This document shows positions 39,547-48,474 of a stretch of 64,000 nt of DNA, piece by piece. Made by a program: the position numbers and the translations under genes. The notes under the pieces were generated by a model. That model was given only the letters and a program-made list of their open reading frames with translations. It made no database searches and was not told where the DNA came from. The stretch's first letter is position 1; each line of letters begins with the position of its first letter. Source of the DNA: an uncultured Verrucomicrobiae bacterium (GTDB taxonomy: Bacteria > Verrucomicrobiota > Verrucomicrobiia > Limisphaerales > Palsa-1400); the NCBI GenBank assembly GCA_963707025.1, contig CAVPOM010000012.1:320001-384000 (forward strand), in the 5' to 3' direction.

Positions 39547-39933
39547 CTACTGTTTCCAATCGAACGCTTGTTTTTTCAAAGCATAAAGATAGCCGATGAA
39601 GAGGATGCCGAGAAAACAAAACATGGAGCCGAAAATCAGGGAGGCGTCCCAGGCCAGCATGGTGCGGTAGATGATGGCCCAGGGATAAAGAAAGACGACT
39701 TCGATATCGAAAAGAATGAAGAGCATGGCGACCAGATAGAATTTGACGGAGAGCCGGGTGTTGCCTTCGCCGACGGGCAACATGCCGCATTCATAAGCGG
39801 TGTCTTTGATGGCGGATCTTTTGCCGCGTTTGCCGACCAGGACGGAGATGACCAGCGTGCCGGCGGCGAACGAAAGGGCGACCAGGCCCAGAATGGCCAC
39901 CGGAATATATTCCCGCAATTGCATTGGTTCCAT
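39547..39933 (-). CDS. nuoA: NADH-quinone oxidoreductase subunit A
   Basis: AYECG; FYLVAMLFILFDIEVVFLYPWA; three TM helices. Confidence 0.96.
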   Translation of the reverse strand: MEPMQLREYIPVAILGLVALSFAAGTLVISVLVGKRGKRSAIKDTAYECGMLPVGEGNTRLSVKFYLVAMLFILFDIEVVFLYPWAIIYRTMLAWDASLIFGSMFCFLGILFIGYLYALKKQAFDWKQ

Positions 39934-40136
39934 GAGCCAAGGTTAAGAAAGGGCGGGCGGGTTGGCAAGAGCAAAGGGGAAATCAAGTAGCGCGCAGGAC
40001 AAAATTCTCCATTGCCGCGGGTAGAATCAATGATGATTTGGCCCCGGACCCGCGAGGTGCGGGGCGGCGCGGCGGGCGGGCTTCATGCCGGGATGACAGG
40101 CGCGCCTGAAATATTCGTGCAACCCCTCATTCCGGG

Positions 40137-40257
40137 TCAGGGGAGCAGCCGCGGGTCAAAGGTGAATCGCTCCGGCTTGGCAATGGAAATTTTTTTGAAG
40201 CCGGGATGCGCCGGATTGAGCAGGTAGTTCCTTTACGATGCGCCAGGCTTCCGGCAT
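40137..40257 (-). pseudogene. RES-domain toxin remnant with a large internal deletion
   Basis: TGATG overlap with the antitoxin. MPEAWRIVK is joined out of frame to NYLLNPAHPGFKKISIAKPERFTFDPRLLP*. Confidence 0.8.
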
Positions 40258-40781
40258 CAGGAATAAACTCCGTATTCAATGCGACCGAGCAGGTCCTCGA
40301 CTTCGCGCGCGCCCACTTCCGTCCTAGCATAGTCCAGCGGCACCGCGCCGCCCAGCCCGAATTGAGGCGAGGTCAGCCATTGGCGGGCGTTCTCCTCGGA
40401 TTCCATGACCTCAACCGCCTTGCCCATCAGCCGGGCGAACCGCACGACGCGGTCGGATTCAGCGGGTGCAAGCCTTCCGCCGGCCTTGCGGCGATGGAGC
40501 GTGGCCTTGGAGATGCCGAGCATGGGGGCCAGCCTTTCCATCGGGACGGCCAGGCTGGCCTGCAAGTCTCCCAACTCCCGTACCGGCAGCCCGATCTGAA
40601 TCACTGCAATCAGTTTGGACGGGGTAAATGCCGAAGTCTCGTTTTTGCCCTCCGGCCAGCGAACACAAAAGTTGACCACGCCGGCACCGGCCTTCTTGGC
40701 AGGCCACCTGGAGCTTTTGCGGAAATGCGCCGCCGGCGCGCTCAATATTTTCCGCCGCGAGTTGCGCAACGTATGGCTCAT
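40257..40781 (-). CDS. Xre/MbcA/ParS-type antitoxin
   Basis: LGISKATLHRRK, ESDRVVRFARL, ARQWLTSPQFGLGGAVPL, GAREVEDLLGRIEYGVYS. Palindrome GGCTCA-TT-TGAGCC (40775-40788) overlaps the start. Confidence 0.92.
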   Translation of the reverse strand: MSHTLRNSRRKILSAPAAHFRKSSRWPAKKAGAGVVNFCVRWPEGKNETSAFTPSKLIAVIQIGLPVRELGDLQASLAVPMERLAPMLGISKATLHRRKAGGRLAPAESDRVVRFARLMGKAVEVMESEENARQWLTSPQFGLGGAVPLDYARTEVGAREVEDLLGRIEYGVYS

Positions 40782-40913
40782 TTGAGCCTTTCAAAAGTGC
40801 CATCTGAAACGAATGTCAAGACTCATTTTGAGAGGTTTGTTCGCATCACATCAAAGGCGGGCCAATGTCCCTGACTTTCTCAATCCTTCCGTGAGGGAAC
40901 TGGGGAAGGAAGG

Positions 40914-41144
40914 TTACGCGGCTTGCAGGTCTTCGATGCGCGTAATGTGGAGGATGGCAAAGCGGACGAAGCGTTCGGCGATGCCAACCTGGTCGAGGCC
41001 AAGGCCGATATGAATGTCGTTGCGTCCGACCAGAACCATGTCGTGATTGGTAATTTCGTAATGCGCCCCATCGCGGAGATGGATGACGAACGGCTTGAAA
41101 TCCCTGGCGGTCAATAATTCTCTGATTTGTTCGGCTTTGAACAT
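40914..41144 (-). CDS. Small hypothetical protein (76 aa)
   Basis: MFKAEQIRELL..FKPFVIHLRDGAHYEITNHD. Promoter TTGAAA-17-TATATT, 6 nt, ATG. Confidence 0.8.
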   Translation of the reverse strand: MFKAEQIRELLTARDFKPFVIHLRDGAHYEITNHDMVLVGRNDIHIGLGLDQVGIAERFVRFAILHITRIEDLQAA

Positions 41145-41297
41145 CGCGCGAATATATCTTTTCGGGTGATATATTTCAAGAAAAGACCGGAGATTCGCGC
41201 CTTGATATGTGGGGCGGGGGTGATAATGTTTTGGCGCGCCATGAGATGAACCGGAAACCTTTTGCCGGCGGCGTGGTTCTAATTGCCAAAACATGCC

Positions 41298-42248
41298 ATG
41301 ACACCGAATTCTCTTGAAGCGGCGCGGGAAACTTGCGGGAAAATCGCGGAGAACATCGCCAAAGTCATGCGCGGGCAGGCCGGGCCAACGCGCCAGTTGC
41401 TGGCCGCGCTGGCCGGCGGCGGGCATGTGCTGCTGGATGATTTTCCCGGCACGGGCAAGACGACCCTGGCCAAGGCGCTGGCCCGCTCGATTGACGCCCA
41501 GTTCAAACGCATCCAGTTCACGCCCGATTTGCTGCCGTCGGACATCCTGGGCGTGTCGGTCTTCAGCCAGCGGGACCAGGAGTTCCATTTTCACGAAGGC
41601 CCGGTCTTCACCAACATTTTGCTGGCCGACGAAATCAACCGCGCCTCGCCGCGCACACAGTCGGCCTTGCTGGAGGCGATGGGCGAAGCGCAGGTCAGCG
41701 TGGAGGGGGAGCGGCGCAATCTGGCGGAATTGTTTTTTGTCATCGCCACGCAAAATCCGGTGGAGTTTCGCGGGACCTATCCGCTGCCCGAGGCGCAGAT
41801 GGACCGGTTTGCCATGCAATTCGTGCTGGGCTACGTCCAGCCGGAAGAGGAGGTGGCCATCCTGTCGGCGCAGCAACACAACCATCCGCTTGACACGCTG
41901 CAACCGGTCGCCACCCTCGCCGACGTGATCGCGCTCAAGCGCGCGGTGGAAGAGGTGCGCATCAGCGACGAATTGAAACGCTACGCGGTGGACCTGGTGG
42001 CGGCGACGCGCACGGCGGGCGGCGTCCAGCTTGGGGCCAGTCCGCGCGCCTCGATTGCGTTGATGAAAACGGCGCAGGCCCTGGCCTTGTTTGACGGCGC
42101 GGATTTCGTCACGCCCGAACAGATTCAGTCGCTGGCCGTGCCGGTGATTGCGCACCGGCTGGTGCTGGAGCCGCAGGCGCGTTTTTCGGGCGTGACGGCG
42201 CGGGGCGTGGTGGAGGAAGCCATCAAGAAATTGCCCGTGCCGGCGTGA
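41298..42248 (+). CDS. moxR: MoxR-family AAA+ ATPase
   Basis: PGTGKT, RIQFTPDLLPSD, LADEINRA, ATQNP, PLPEAQMDRF, GASPRAS. Confidence 0.95.
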   Translation: MTPNSLEAARETCGKIAENIAKVMRGQAGPTRQLLAALAGGGHVLLDDFPGTGKTTLAKALARSIDAQFKRIQFTPDLLPSDILGVSVFSQRDQEFHFHEGPVFTNILLADEINRASPRTQSALLEAMGEAQVSVEGERRNLAELFFVIATQNPVEFRGTYPLPEAQMDRFAMQFVLGYVQPEEEVAILSAQQHNHPLDTLQPVATLADVIALKRAVEEVRISDELKRYAVDLVAATRTAGGVQLGASPRASIALMKTAQALALFDGADFVTPEQIQSLAVPVIAHRLVLEPQARFSGVTARGVVEEAIKKLPVPA

Positions 42249-42252
42249 GAAG

Positions 42253-42365
42253 AAAATGCAGAATGCAAAATGTAAAATGCAGAATGAGGAACGAAGAAAC
42301 AAGATTCTGCGGAGCGTTGGAAGCAGGACCTGCTTCTTCATTTTTCATTTTTCATTCCTCATTTA
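42253..42365. repeat. Inverted heptamer arrays (AAAATGC/AGAATGC ... TTTTCAT)
   Basis: Located in the moxR-DUF58 intergenic region. Confidence 0.6.
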
Positions 42366-42369
42366 ACTT

Positions 42370-43713
42370 GTGACGCTGATCTACAGGCCGATTTACTGGA
42401 TTTACCGCGTGACCAGCGGCTGGTGGTATTGGGCGCGGCGGCGGTTCACGCTGGCGGGGCTGTGCGTGGGGGGAGGATTGGTGGTCGCGGCCGCGGTGAG
42501 CACGGACGTGGAGACCACCGTCACCTATCAATCCTTTGCGCTCTTGCTGGCGTTTTTGGTGCCGGCGCTGGCGTGCAGCCTTTTCTTCCGCGCCAAATTT
42601 TCCGCGGCGCGTTTGCTGCCCCGGTTCGGGACGGCCGGCCAGCCGCTGCGCTACCGCGTGGTGCTACAAAATCTGACGGCCAAAACCCAGACCGGGCTGA
42701 CCTTGCTGGAAGAACTGGGCGACCCGCGCCCGGATTTCCGGCAATGGCTGGCGTTTCAACTGGCCGAAACCCGGCGGGTCCGCCCCTTCAGCCTGACGCA
42801 GCGGCGGCGGAAAAATCCGTTCCGCGTGGCCAGATTGAAAGAGGCGGAAGTGCCGCCGCTGCCCGCCGGCGGCGAGGCCGTGGCGCCGGTGGAGGTGCTG
42901 CCGTTGCGGCGCGGCATTTTGCGTTTCACCGGGGTGACGCTGGCCCGGGCCGACCCGCTGGGATTGTTCCGTTCGTTCGTCAAAATCGGCGCTGCGCAGA
43001 CGGTCTTGATATTGCCAAGACGCTACGCCATTGCGCCCATCGCGCTGCCCGGCGCGCTGCGCTATCAGGAAGGCGGGGTGGCGCTGGCCGCCAGCGTCGG
43101 GCGCAGCGAGGAGTTCGTGGCGCTGCGCGAATATCGTCACGGCGATCCGTTGCGGCACATTCACTGGCGAAGCTGGGCCAAGGCGGGCAAACCGATCGTG
43201 AAGGAGTTCGAGGACGAATTTTTTGTGCGGCACGCGCTGGTGCTGGACACCTTTGACGACGAACCCAACGGCGAAGTTTTGGAGGAGGCCGTCTCGGTCG
43301 CCGCCTCCTTTGCCTGCACGGTGCTGACGCAGGAGTCGCTGCTGGATCTGCTCTTCGTCGGCAACCAGTCCTATTGCTTCACCGCCGGCCGCGGACTGGC
43401 GCATGTGGACCAAATGCTGGAAATTCTGGCCTCGGTGACGAATTGCGCCGAGAAGGACTTTGCCACGCTGGAACATCTGGTGCTCAACCATATTTCCGCC
43501 GTGAGCGGCTGCATCTGCGTGTTGCAGCGCTGGGACGGGGCGCGGACACATTTGGTGAAGACCTTGCGCGCGCTTGGCGTGCCCGTGCTCGTGGCGGTGG
43601 TGGCGCGGCCGGGCGAAAAAAAGCCAGAGGCCGGGCCGATGGGCGACCAGCCGGAGAATTTTCATGTGCTTGAAATCGGGCAAATTGAGCGGCAACTGGG
43701 GGAATGGCAATGA
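42370..43713 (+). CDS. DUF58-domain protein
   Basis: EEFVALREYRHGDPLRHIHWRSWAK...VKEFE; DPLGLF. Confidence 0.93.
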   Translation: MTLIYRPIYWIYRVTSGWWYWARRRFTLAGLCVGGGLVVAAAVSTDVETTVTYQSFALLLAFLVPALACSLFFRAKFSAARLLPRFGTAGQPLRYRVVLQNLTAKTQTGLTLLEELGDPRPDFRQWLAFQLAETRRVRPFSLTQRRRKNPFRVARLKEAEVPPLPAGGEAVAPVEVLPLRRGILRFTGVTLARADPLGLFRSFVKIGAAQTVLILPRRYAIAPIALPGALRYQEGGVALAASVGRSEEFVALREYRHGDPLRHIHWRSWAKAGKPIVKEFEDEFFVRHALVLDTFDDEPNGEVLEEAVSVAASFACTVLTQESLLDLLFVGNQSYCFTAGRGLAHVDQMLEILASVTNCAEKDFATLEHLVLNHISAVSGCICVLQRWDGARTHLVKTLRALGVPVLVAVVARPGEKKPEAGPMGDQPENFHVLEIGQIERQLGEWQ

Positions 43714-45881
43714 CGGGCAACGCCCCAACTTCCCCGGCCGGCCGCGCCAAGGCGCCGCCGTTGCTGTTGCTGGCCGCGCTCTCGTTCTGGGGCTGGCAAT
43801 CGGGATTTCTTCCGGCCGGGGCGATCATGGGGGTCGTGCTGGAGAGCGCGCGGTTCGTCCCGGCGCGCTGGGATGTGACCGTGCAGGATTTTCGGCGCAT
43901 TTGTAATTTTTGCCTGCTGCTGGCGTTCGCCATGTTGGTCTATGTTTTCACCACGAACCAGGCGGGCGGCGGCTTGGGCGGGATGCTTCATCCTTCGGCC
44001 AGGCTGGCGACGAGCTACTTCGGCACTTCGGCCACCTCGTTTCTTCGCTGGCTGCCGCTGGCGTTCTTCCTGCTGCTCGCGGCGCAAATGTTCAGCGAAC
44101 GCGAATCGGTTCCGCTGGCGGGGATTCCATGGTTTATCCGCCAGCCGCGCAAGGGGAGCGCCGGGGCGGAAGGAAACCTGGACTTGTCGTTTCCCTATTT
44201 CATCGTCTGTTTATTTTCCGCCGGCATCCACGCCAGCGCCGGGGCGCAATCCTATTTTTGGGGGCAAGCCGTTCTGATCGGGTGGGCCTTGTGGCCGTTT
44301 CGTGCGCGGCGTTTTGGATTCCTGGTCTGGGCGGGCGCCCTGGCTGCGGCCATAGGGCTTGGCTTTTACAGCCAGAGCGGCATCGGCCAATTGCAGCGGC
44401 TGCTGGAAGGCTACAACGCGCAGTGGATGGCGGGTTTTCTGCGGCCCCGGACCGATCCCTCCCAAAGCATGACGGCCATCGGCCGGATCGGGAGGTTGAA
44501 ATTGTCGGCGCGCATCGTCATCCGGCTTGAGCCAAAGGCCGGCAGCAGGCCGCCGGTTTATTTGCGCGAGGCCAGTTACCGCCATTATCAGTCTGAGCCG
44601 GGACAACAAACCTGGTTTTCCGGCGGCTCGCGCAGCGATTTTGCCAGCCTCTCGCACGAGCCGGGCAACGAATCTGCCTGGACGCTGCTGCCCGGCAAAA
44701 GCAACACCTCCACCGCGTCCATCTCTTCTTACCTGGAGGGCCGCGCAAAGGACACGGGCGACCTGGAAGGATTGCTCCCGCTGCCGAGCGGCAGCGGCCG
44801 TCTGGACAAACTGCCGGTGTTCTGGCTGAAAACGAACATTGCCGGGGCAGCGCTGGCCACCGGCCTGGGCCTGGTGATGTTTGACGCGCACTACGGCCCG
44901 GGCGCGACTTTGGATGCGCCGCCGGATGCCACCACCAATCGTCTGGATTTGACCGTGCCGGCCATCGAAGTTCCGGCCTTGGATCAAATCATTTCTGAAT
45001 TGAAGATTTCCGGCGCGACTGAACGGGAGAAAATTCTCGCCATCCGGCATTTTTTTGACGGCAAATTCAGCTACAGCACCTGGCTGGGACCGGACAAGGC
45101 GGCGCGGTCCAACGAGACGGCGCTGTCGCGATTTCTTTTGCAAAGCCGCAGCGGCCATTGCGAATACTTTGCCACCGCGACGGTCTTGCTCTTGCGCCAG
45201 TTGGGCATTCCGGCCCGCTACGCGGTGGGTTATGCCGTCAACGAACCCTCCGGCCACGGCTACGTGGTGCGGGAACGCGATGCCCATGCCTGGTGTCTGG
45301 TTTGGAACAAGGCGCAGCAAAGGTGGGAGGACTTCGACACCACGCCCGCGTCGTGGGTGGCGGAGGAAAACAAACGCGCCTCGGCCATGCAGTGGTTTTC
45401 GGACTTCTGGTCGTGGGTGAGATTTCAAGTGGCAAAACTGCGCTGGGGGCAGGCCAATTTGCGCCAATACATCCTCTGGGCGCTGATCCCCGTGCTGGCC
45501 TTGCTGCTCTGGCAGATCATCTTCCGGCGCGGACGCCGGCGCCGGGCGCAGTCCAAAACCGGCAAATCCGCGGCCGCGATGATCTGGCCGGGGCTGGACT
45601 CCGAATTCTACCAACTGGAAGGCAAACTGGCGGCGCGCGGCGTGCCGCGGCAGGCCAGCCAACCGCTTTCGGACTGGCTGGGGCGCGCGCTGGGCGAGCC
45701 TGCCCTGGCCGAATTGCGCGACCCATTGCAGGAGCTGTTGCGGCGGCACTACTGCCATCGTTTCGACCCGCGCGGTCTGAGCGGCCCGGAACGCCAAGCG
45801 CTGGCGCGCCAGGCACGGGCCTGTCTGGACAGGCTGGAGACGCTCCCGCGGTTGAAGCGCCGTCCCGCGCGCCCCGAGTGA
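43710..45881 (+). CDS. Membrane transglutaminase-like protein (TgpA type)
   Basis: N-terminal TM helices; GHCEYFATA; GIPARYAVGY; DAHAW; FDTTP. Confidence 0.92.
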   Translation: MTGNAPTSPAGRAKAPPLLLLAALSFWGWQSGFLPAGAIMGVVLESARFVPARWDVTVQDFRRICNFCLLLAFAMLVYVFTTNQAGGGLGGMLHPSARLATSYFGTSATSFLRWLPLAFFLLLAAQMFSERESVPLAGIPWFIRQPRKGSAGAEGNLDLSFPYFIVCLFSAGIHASAGAQSYFWGQAVLIGWALWPFRARRFGFLVWAGALAAAIGLGFYSQSGIGQLQRLLEGYNAQWMAGFLRPRTDPSQSMTAIGRIGRLKLSARIVIRLEPKAGSRPPVYLREASYRHYQSEPGQQTWFSGGSRSDFASLSHEPGNESAWTLLPGKSNTSTASISSYLEGRAKDTGDLEGLLPLPSGSGRLDKLPVFWLKTNIAGAALATGLGLVMFDAHYGPGATLDAPPDATTNRLDLTVPAIEVPALDQIISELKISGATEREKILAIRHFFDGKFSYSTWLGPDKAARSNETALSRFLLQSRSGHCEYFATATVLLLRQLGIPARYAVGYAVNEPSGHGYVVRERDAHAWCLVWNKAQQRWEDFDTTPASWVAEENKRASAMQWFSDFWSWVRFQVAKLRWGQANLRQYILWALIPVLALLLWQIIFRRGRRRRAQSKTGKSAAAMIWPGLDSEFYQLEGKLAARGVPRQASQPLSDWLGRALGEPALAELRDPLQELLRRHYCHRFDPRGLSGPERQALARQARACLDRLETLPRLKRRPARPE

Positions 45882-46016
45882 GAAGGAAAGCCGGGTCCCC
45901 TGGCGCAGGCAGAGGCTGGGTGGCCTGCTTCCGGGCGCGGAGGGGATCGTGGCTTGTTGGGGGGCTTGGCCTTATACCGTTTCCAGTTTGTAACTGCACT
46001 ATTGCCAAGGCGATTT

Positions 46017-46040
46017 GCGGCGGTCGCAGACCGCCGCTAC
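46017..46040. repeat. REP-like hairpin between convergent genes, possibly a terminator
   Basis: GCGGCGGTC-GCA-GACCGCCGC-TAC. Confidence 0.55.
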
Positions 46041-46141
46041 ATTGCAAAAGCAAACCGGAAAAGGTATTATACCCGGCTTCACCGAGGCCACCAACTCAGG
46101 AGCGCGGGGCAAAAGAAGCTCAAGCTGAGCCGGGGCATCGG

Positions 46142-48097
46142 CTAGGGGCCTTCGGCGTGGGCCGACATTTCATCAATGATGCCCTGGATTTCCGCGTTCA
46201 AACCGCCGTCGGCTACAATCAGGCTTCGGGTGCGCAACCAGAGGGATTCGAGCCGTTTGAGCGGTTCGTCGAAGACCGTTTCCAGGCCCGTCGGCGGGGC
46301 GTCGCCCAGGCTGGAACAGAAACTGTCCGGTCCCTGCCCGGGAAACAAGGCCGTGATCCAGGCCAGCAGATCGCACCACAGCTCCAGGGAAATGAGGGTC
46401 GAGGCCTCCTGCGAGGTCATGTCGCCGGCCGCCAGCACGCGGGGTCCCAGATGATTGAGCAGGTCCTCTGTCAATAATTTGCGAATCCGCTCCGGGTGGG
46501 GCACCTCCGCCGAATAAGAGTCGGCCGCGGCGCGGGCCAGGGACAACACGCTGTCCACCGCTTCATTGAAGTTCTGCTGGCGGCCGACCAGGAAGCAGCG
46601 GATGCTCAGGACGGCCATGGAATAAAGATCAAACGGGCTGCTGGTCTGAGGGATGATCTCGTAGGAGCACCTTGGAAACTTGAAGTGTTGGCGCATCATT
46701 TCCACGTCGCTGGCCGCCAGGGTTTGCGGGACGGAGCGGAAGGCCAGTTCGCCGCGGGTCCCGCGCGTGGTGTCGGTGTGCCCGAAAAGCTCGAGGCGCG
46801 AGTCGGCCAATGGCACGCGCAACCAAATCAAATCATGGCGGGAAACCGGGAGCGATTCCTGCACGGACAAGGTTCCCTCGATAATGGTGCCTTCGGCCGC
46901 CGGGAGGGCGTTGCGGCACTTAAAATCGCCTCTGGTGTCGCGCTGCAGTTGAGACCCTTCGGGATGGTAAATGGAGGAGGAGGTGTCGTCCATGCGGATA
47001 AAATACGATTCGCGGGCGGTTTCGAGCGTCTTGCGCTGGGCGAATCCTTCCTTGGCCAGGCAGCATTCCGCCGTCCAGAGAAAGGGCAGGGCGGAACAGA
47101 TGTTGCCGAAGCGGACGCGGAAACTTTCATGCGACAGGTTCAGCAGGGGCATCTGCGTCCGCGCGGTGGCGTGCCTGACTTGCCGGATGGCTTGGAGGAG
47201 CAGGCCGATTTTCAGGTGCAGCACTTCCGCCAGCCGGCCATGCCGGTCCATGGCGGAGTTGAAGAGGAATCCGTCGCGGTGCCGCAAGGCCTCCCAATCG
47301 CACAGAGCGGTATGGGCGGGATCGAGGTTAAAGGGCGTGCCGCCGTCCGCCACACCCTCCCAGGATTGGCCGACGAGCAAATCGCACAATTCTGTCAATA
47401 ACATCGGGCACAGCCGCGACACCAGCAGGCGCCCGGCTTGCGGATTGAAGGTGAGATAGGCCTCGGGCTGGCCGGTCAAGGCGCCGGCCAGCGATGGCAC
47501 GGGCTTGGCCTCCTCGTCCGGTGTCAGGGGCAGCATGCGGGGCGTGGGCGTGTCCAACTCCATGAGAAAGCGTTCCAAGCTGCCGTGATACGGGGCCAGC
47601 CCGGCCGCGACCAGGGCCTGGTCGTCGGCGCAGAGGCTCCAACGGCCCAGGGGCGAAGCTTCCCCCAGGGGAATGCTTTGGAGGGATTGCTTGTGAATCA
47701 AGACCGGCGCGGAGGAGCGGGTTTCCAGGGGGGTGGTGATGGCCAGGCCCGGATTGGCGGACTTGCGCCGCGCGCAGGCATCCTCCCAGCGCCGGTCGAG
47801 ACAGGCGTTGTCGAGGAAATGGTGTTGACGCAGAGCGATCGCACCCAGGCCGCTGACGAACTGGACGCGGAGTTCGAGCCACTCGAGCACGGCGTGGCCG
47901 CCATCCACCAGGCAACCCAGATAGGTCACACCGTCCAAAGAATCGCCGAGGGAGATAAAATGGGGCTGGGGTTGAAGGCTGACCACCACGCAGATGCGGG
48001 GAGAGGCCACATCGGCCGGGGTTTGCAAAGGGACGGCCCGATGGGCGGACGACAACTCCGAAGAAGGAGGGTTTGCGCTGGCCGGTTGTGTCGTCAT
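46142..48097 (-). CDS. Hypothetical protein with degenerate protein-kinase-like C-terminal motifs
   Basis: 651 aa from MTTQPASAN. PLLNLSHESFRV resembles a catalytic loop and SSPFDLYSMAV resembles subdomain IX. Confidence 0.7.
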   Translation of the reverse strand: MTTQPASANPPSSELSSAHRAVPLQTPADVASPRICVVVSLQPQPHFISLGDSLDGVTYLGCLVDGGHAVLEWLELRVQFVSGLGAIALRQHHFLDNACLDRRWEDACARRKSANPGLAITTPLETRSSAPVLIHKQSLQSIPLGEASPLGRWSLCADDQALVAAGLAPYHGSLERFLMELDTPTPRMLPLTPDEEAKPVPSLAGALTGQPEAYLTFNPQAGRLLVSRLCPMLLTELCDLLVGQSWEGVADGGTPFNLDPAHTALCDWEALRHRDGFLFNSAMDRHGRLAEVLHLKIGLLLQAIRQVRHATARTQMPLLNLSHESFRVRFGNICSALPFLWTAECCLAKEGFAQRKTLETARESYFIRMDDTSSSIYHPEGSQLQRDTRGDFKCRNALPAAEGTIIEGTLSVQESLPVSRHDLIWLRVPLADSRLELFGHTDTTRGTRGELAFRSVPQTLAASDVEMMRQHFKFPRCSYEIIPQTSSPFDLYSMAVLSIRCFLVGRQQNFNEAVDSVLSLARAAADSYSAEVPHPERIRKLLTEDLLNHLGPRVLAAGDMTSQEASTLISLELWCDLLAWITALFPGQGPDSFCSSLGDAPPTGLETVFDEPLKRLESLWLRTRSLIVADGGLNAEIQGIIDEMSAHAEGP

Positions 48098-48474
48098 GTC
48101 GTCAATTCTCTTTGCGCGCCGCATCCGCAACGCTTTGATTTCAGGATAGCCAAGGTAACAGGGGCCCATTGGAAATGCAAAGGGATTCCCGTTAAGCCCG
48201 TCCTTGCGCCAGAGGCCTCTCAGCCTATTTGAAGCGCCGTGGGAGCGGGGATTGGACAAAAGGGGCGCCGGCCAGGCGTTCCGGGCCGCCCTTCCAGCGG
48301 TTGTCACCCTCCAAACCAGCCCGCGCTGGCGCCCTCTCCGCCAGGGCATTTCCCGTGGTTTTTGCCATGCGGTTTTTCCTCAACTTGCTTGACAATTGCG
48401 GGCGCTTTTGATGAAGTGGGTCCCCGGAAGCAGCTTTTGGCCTTATTTTGAGGTCGCGCTAGCGGAATACTATT

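Noticed and set aside
41145..42341. N-terminal extension of the 475-aa ORF 40914-42341
   Set aside because: It is antisense to moxR. Only the last 76 codons have a promoter and protein-like sequence.
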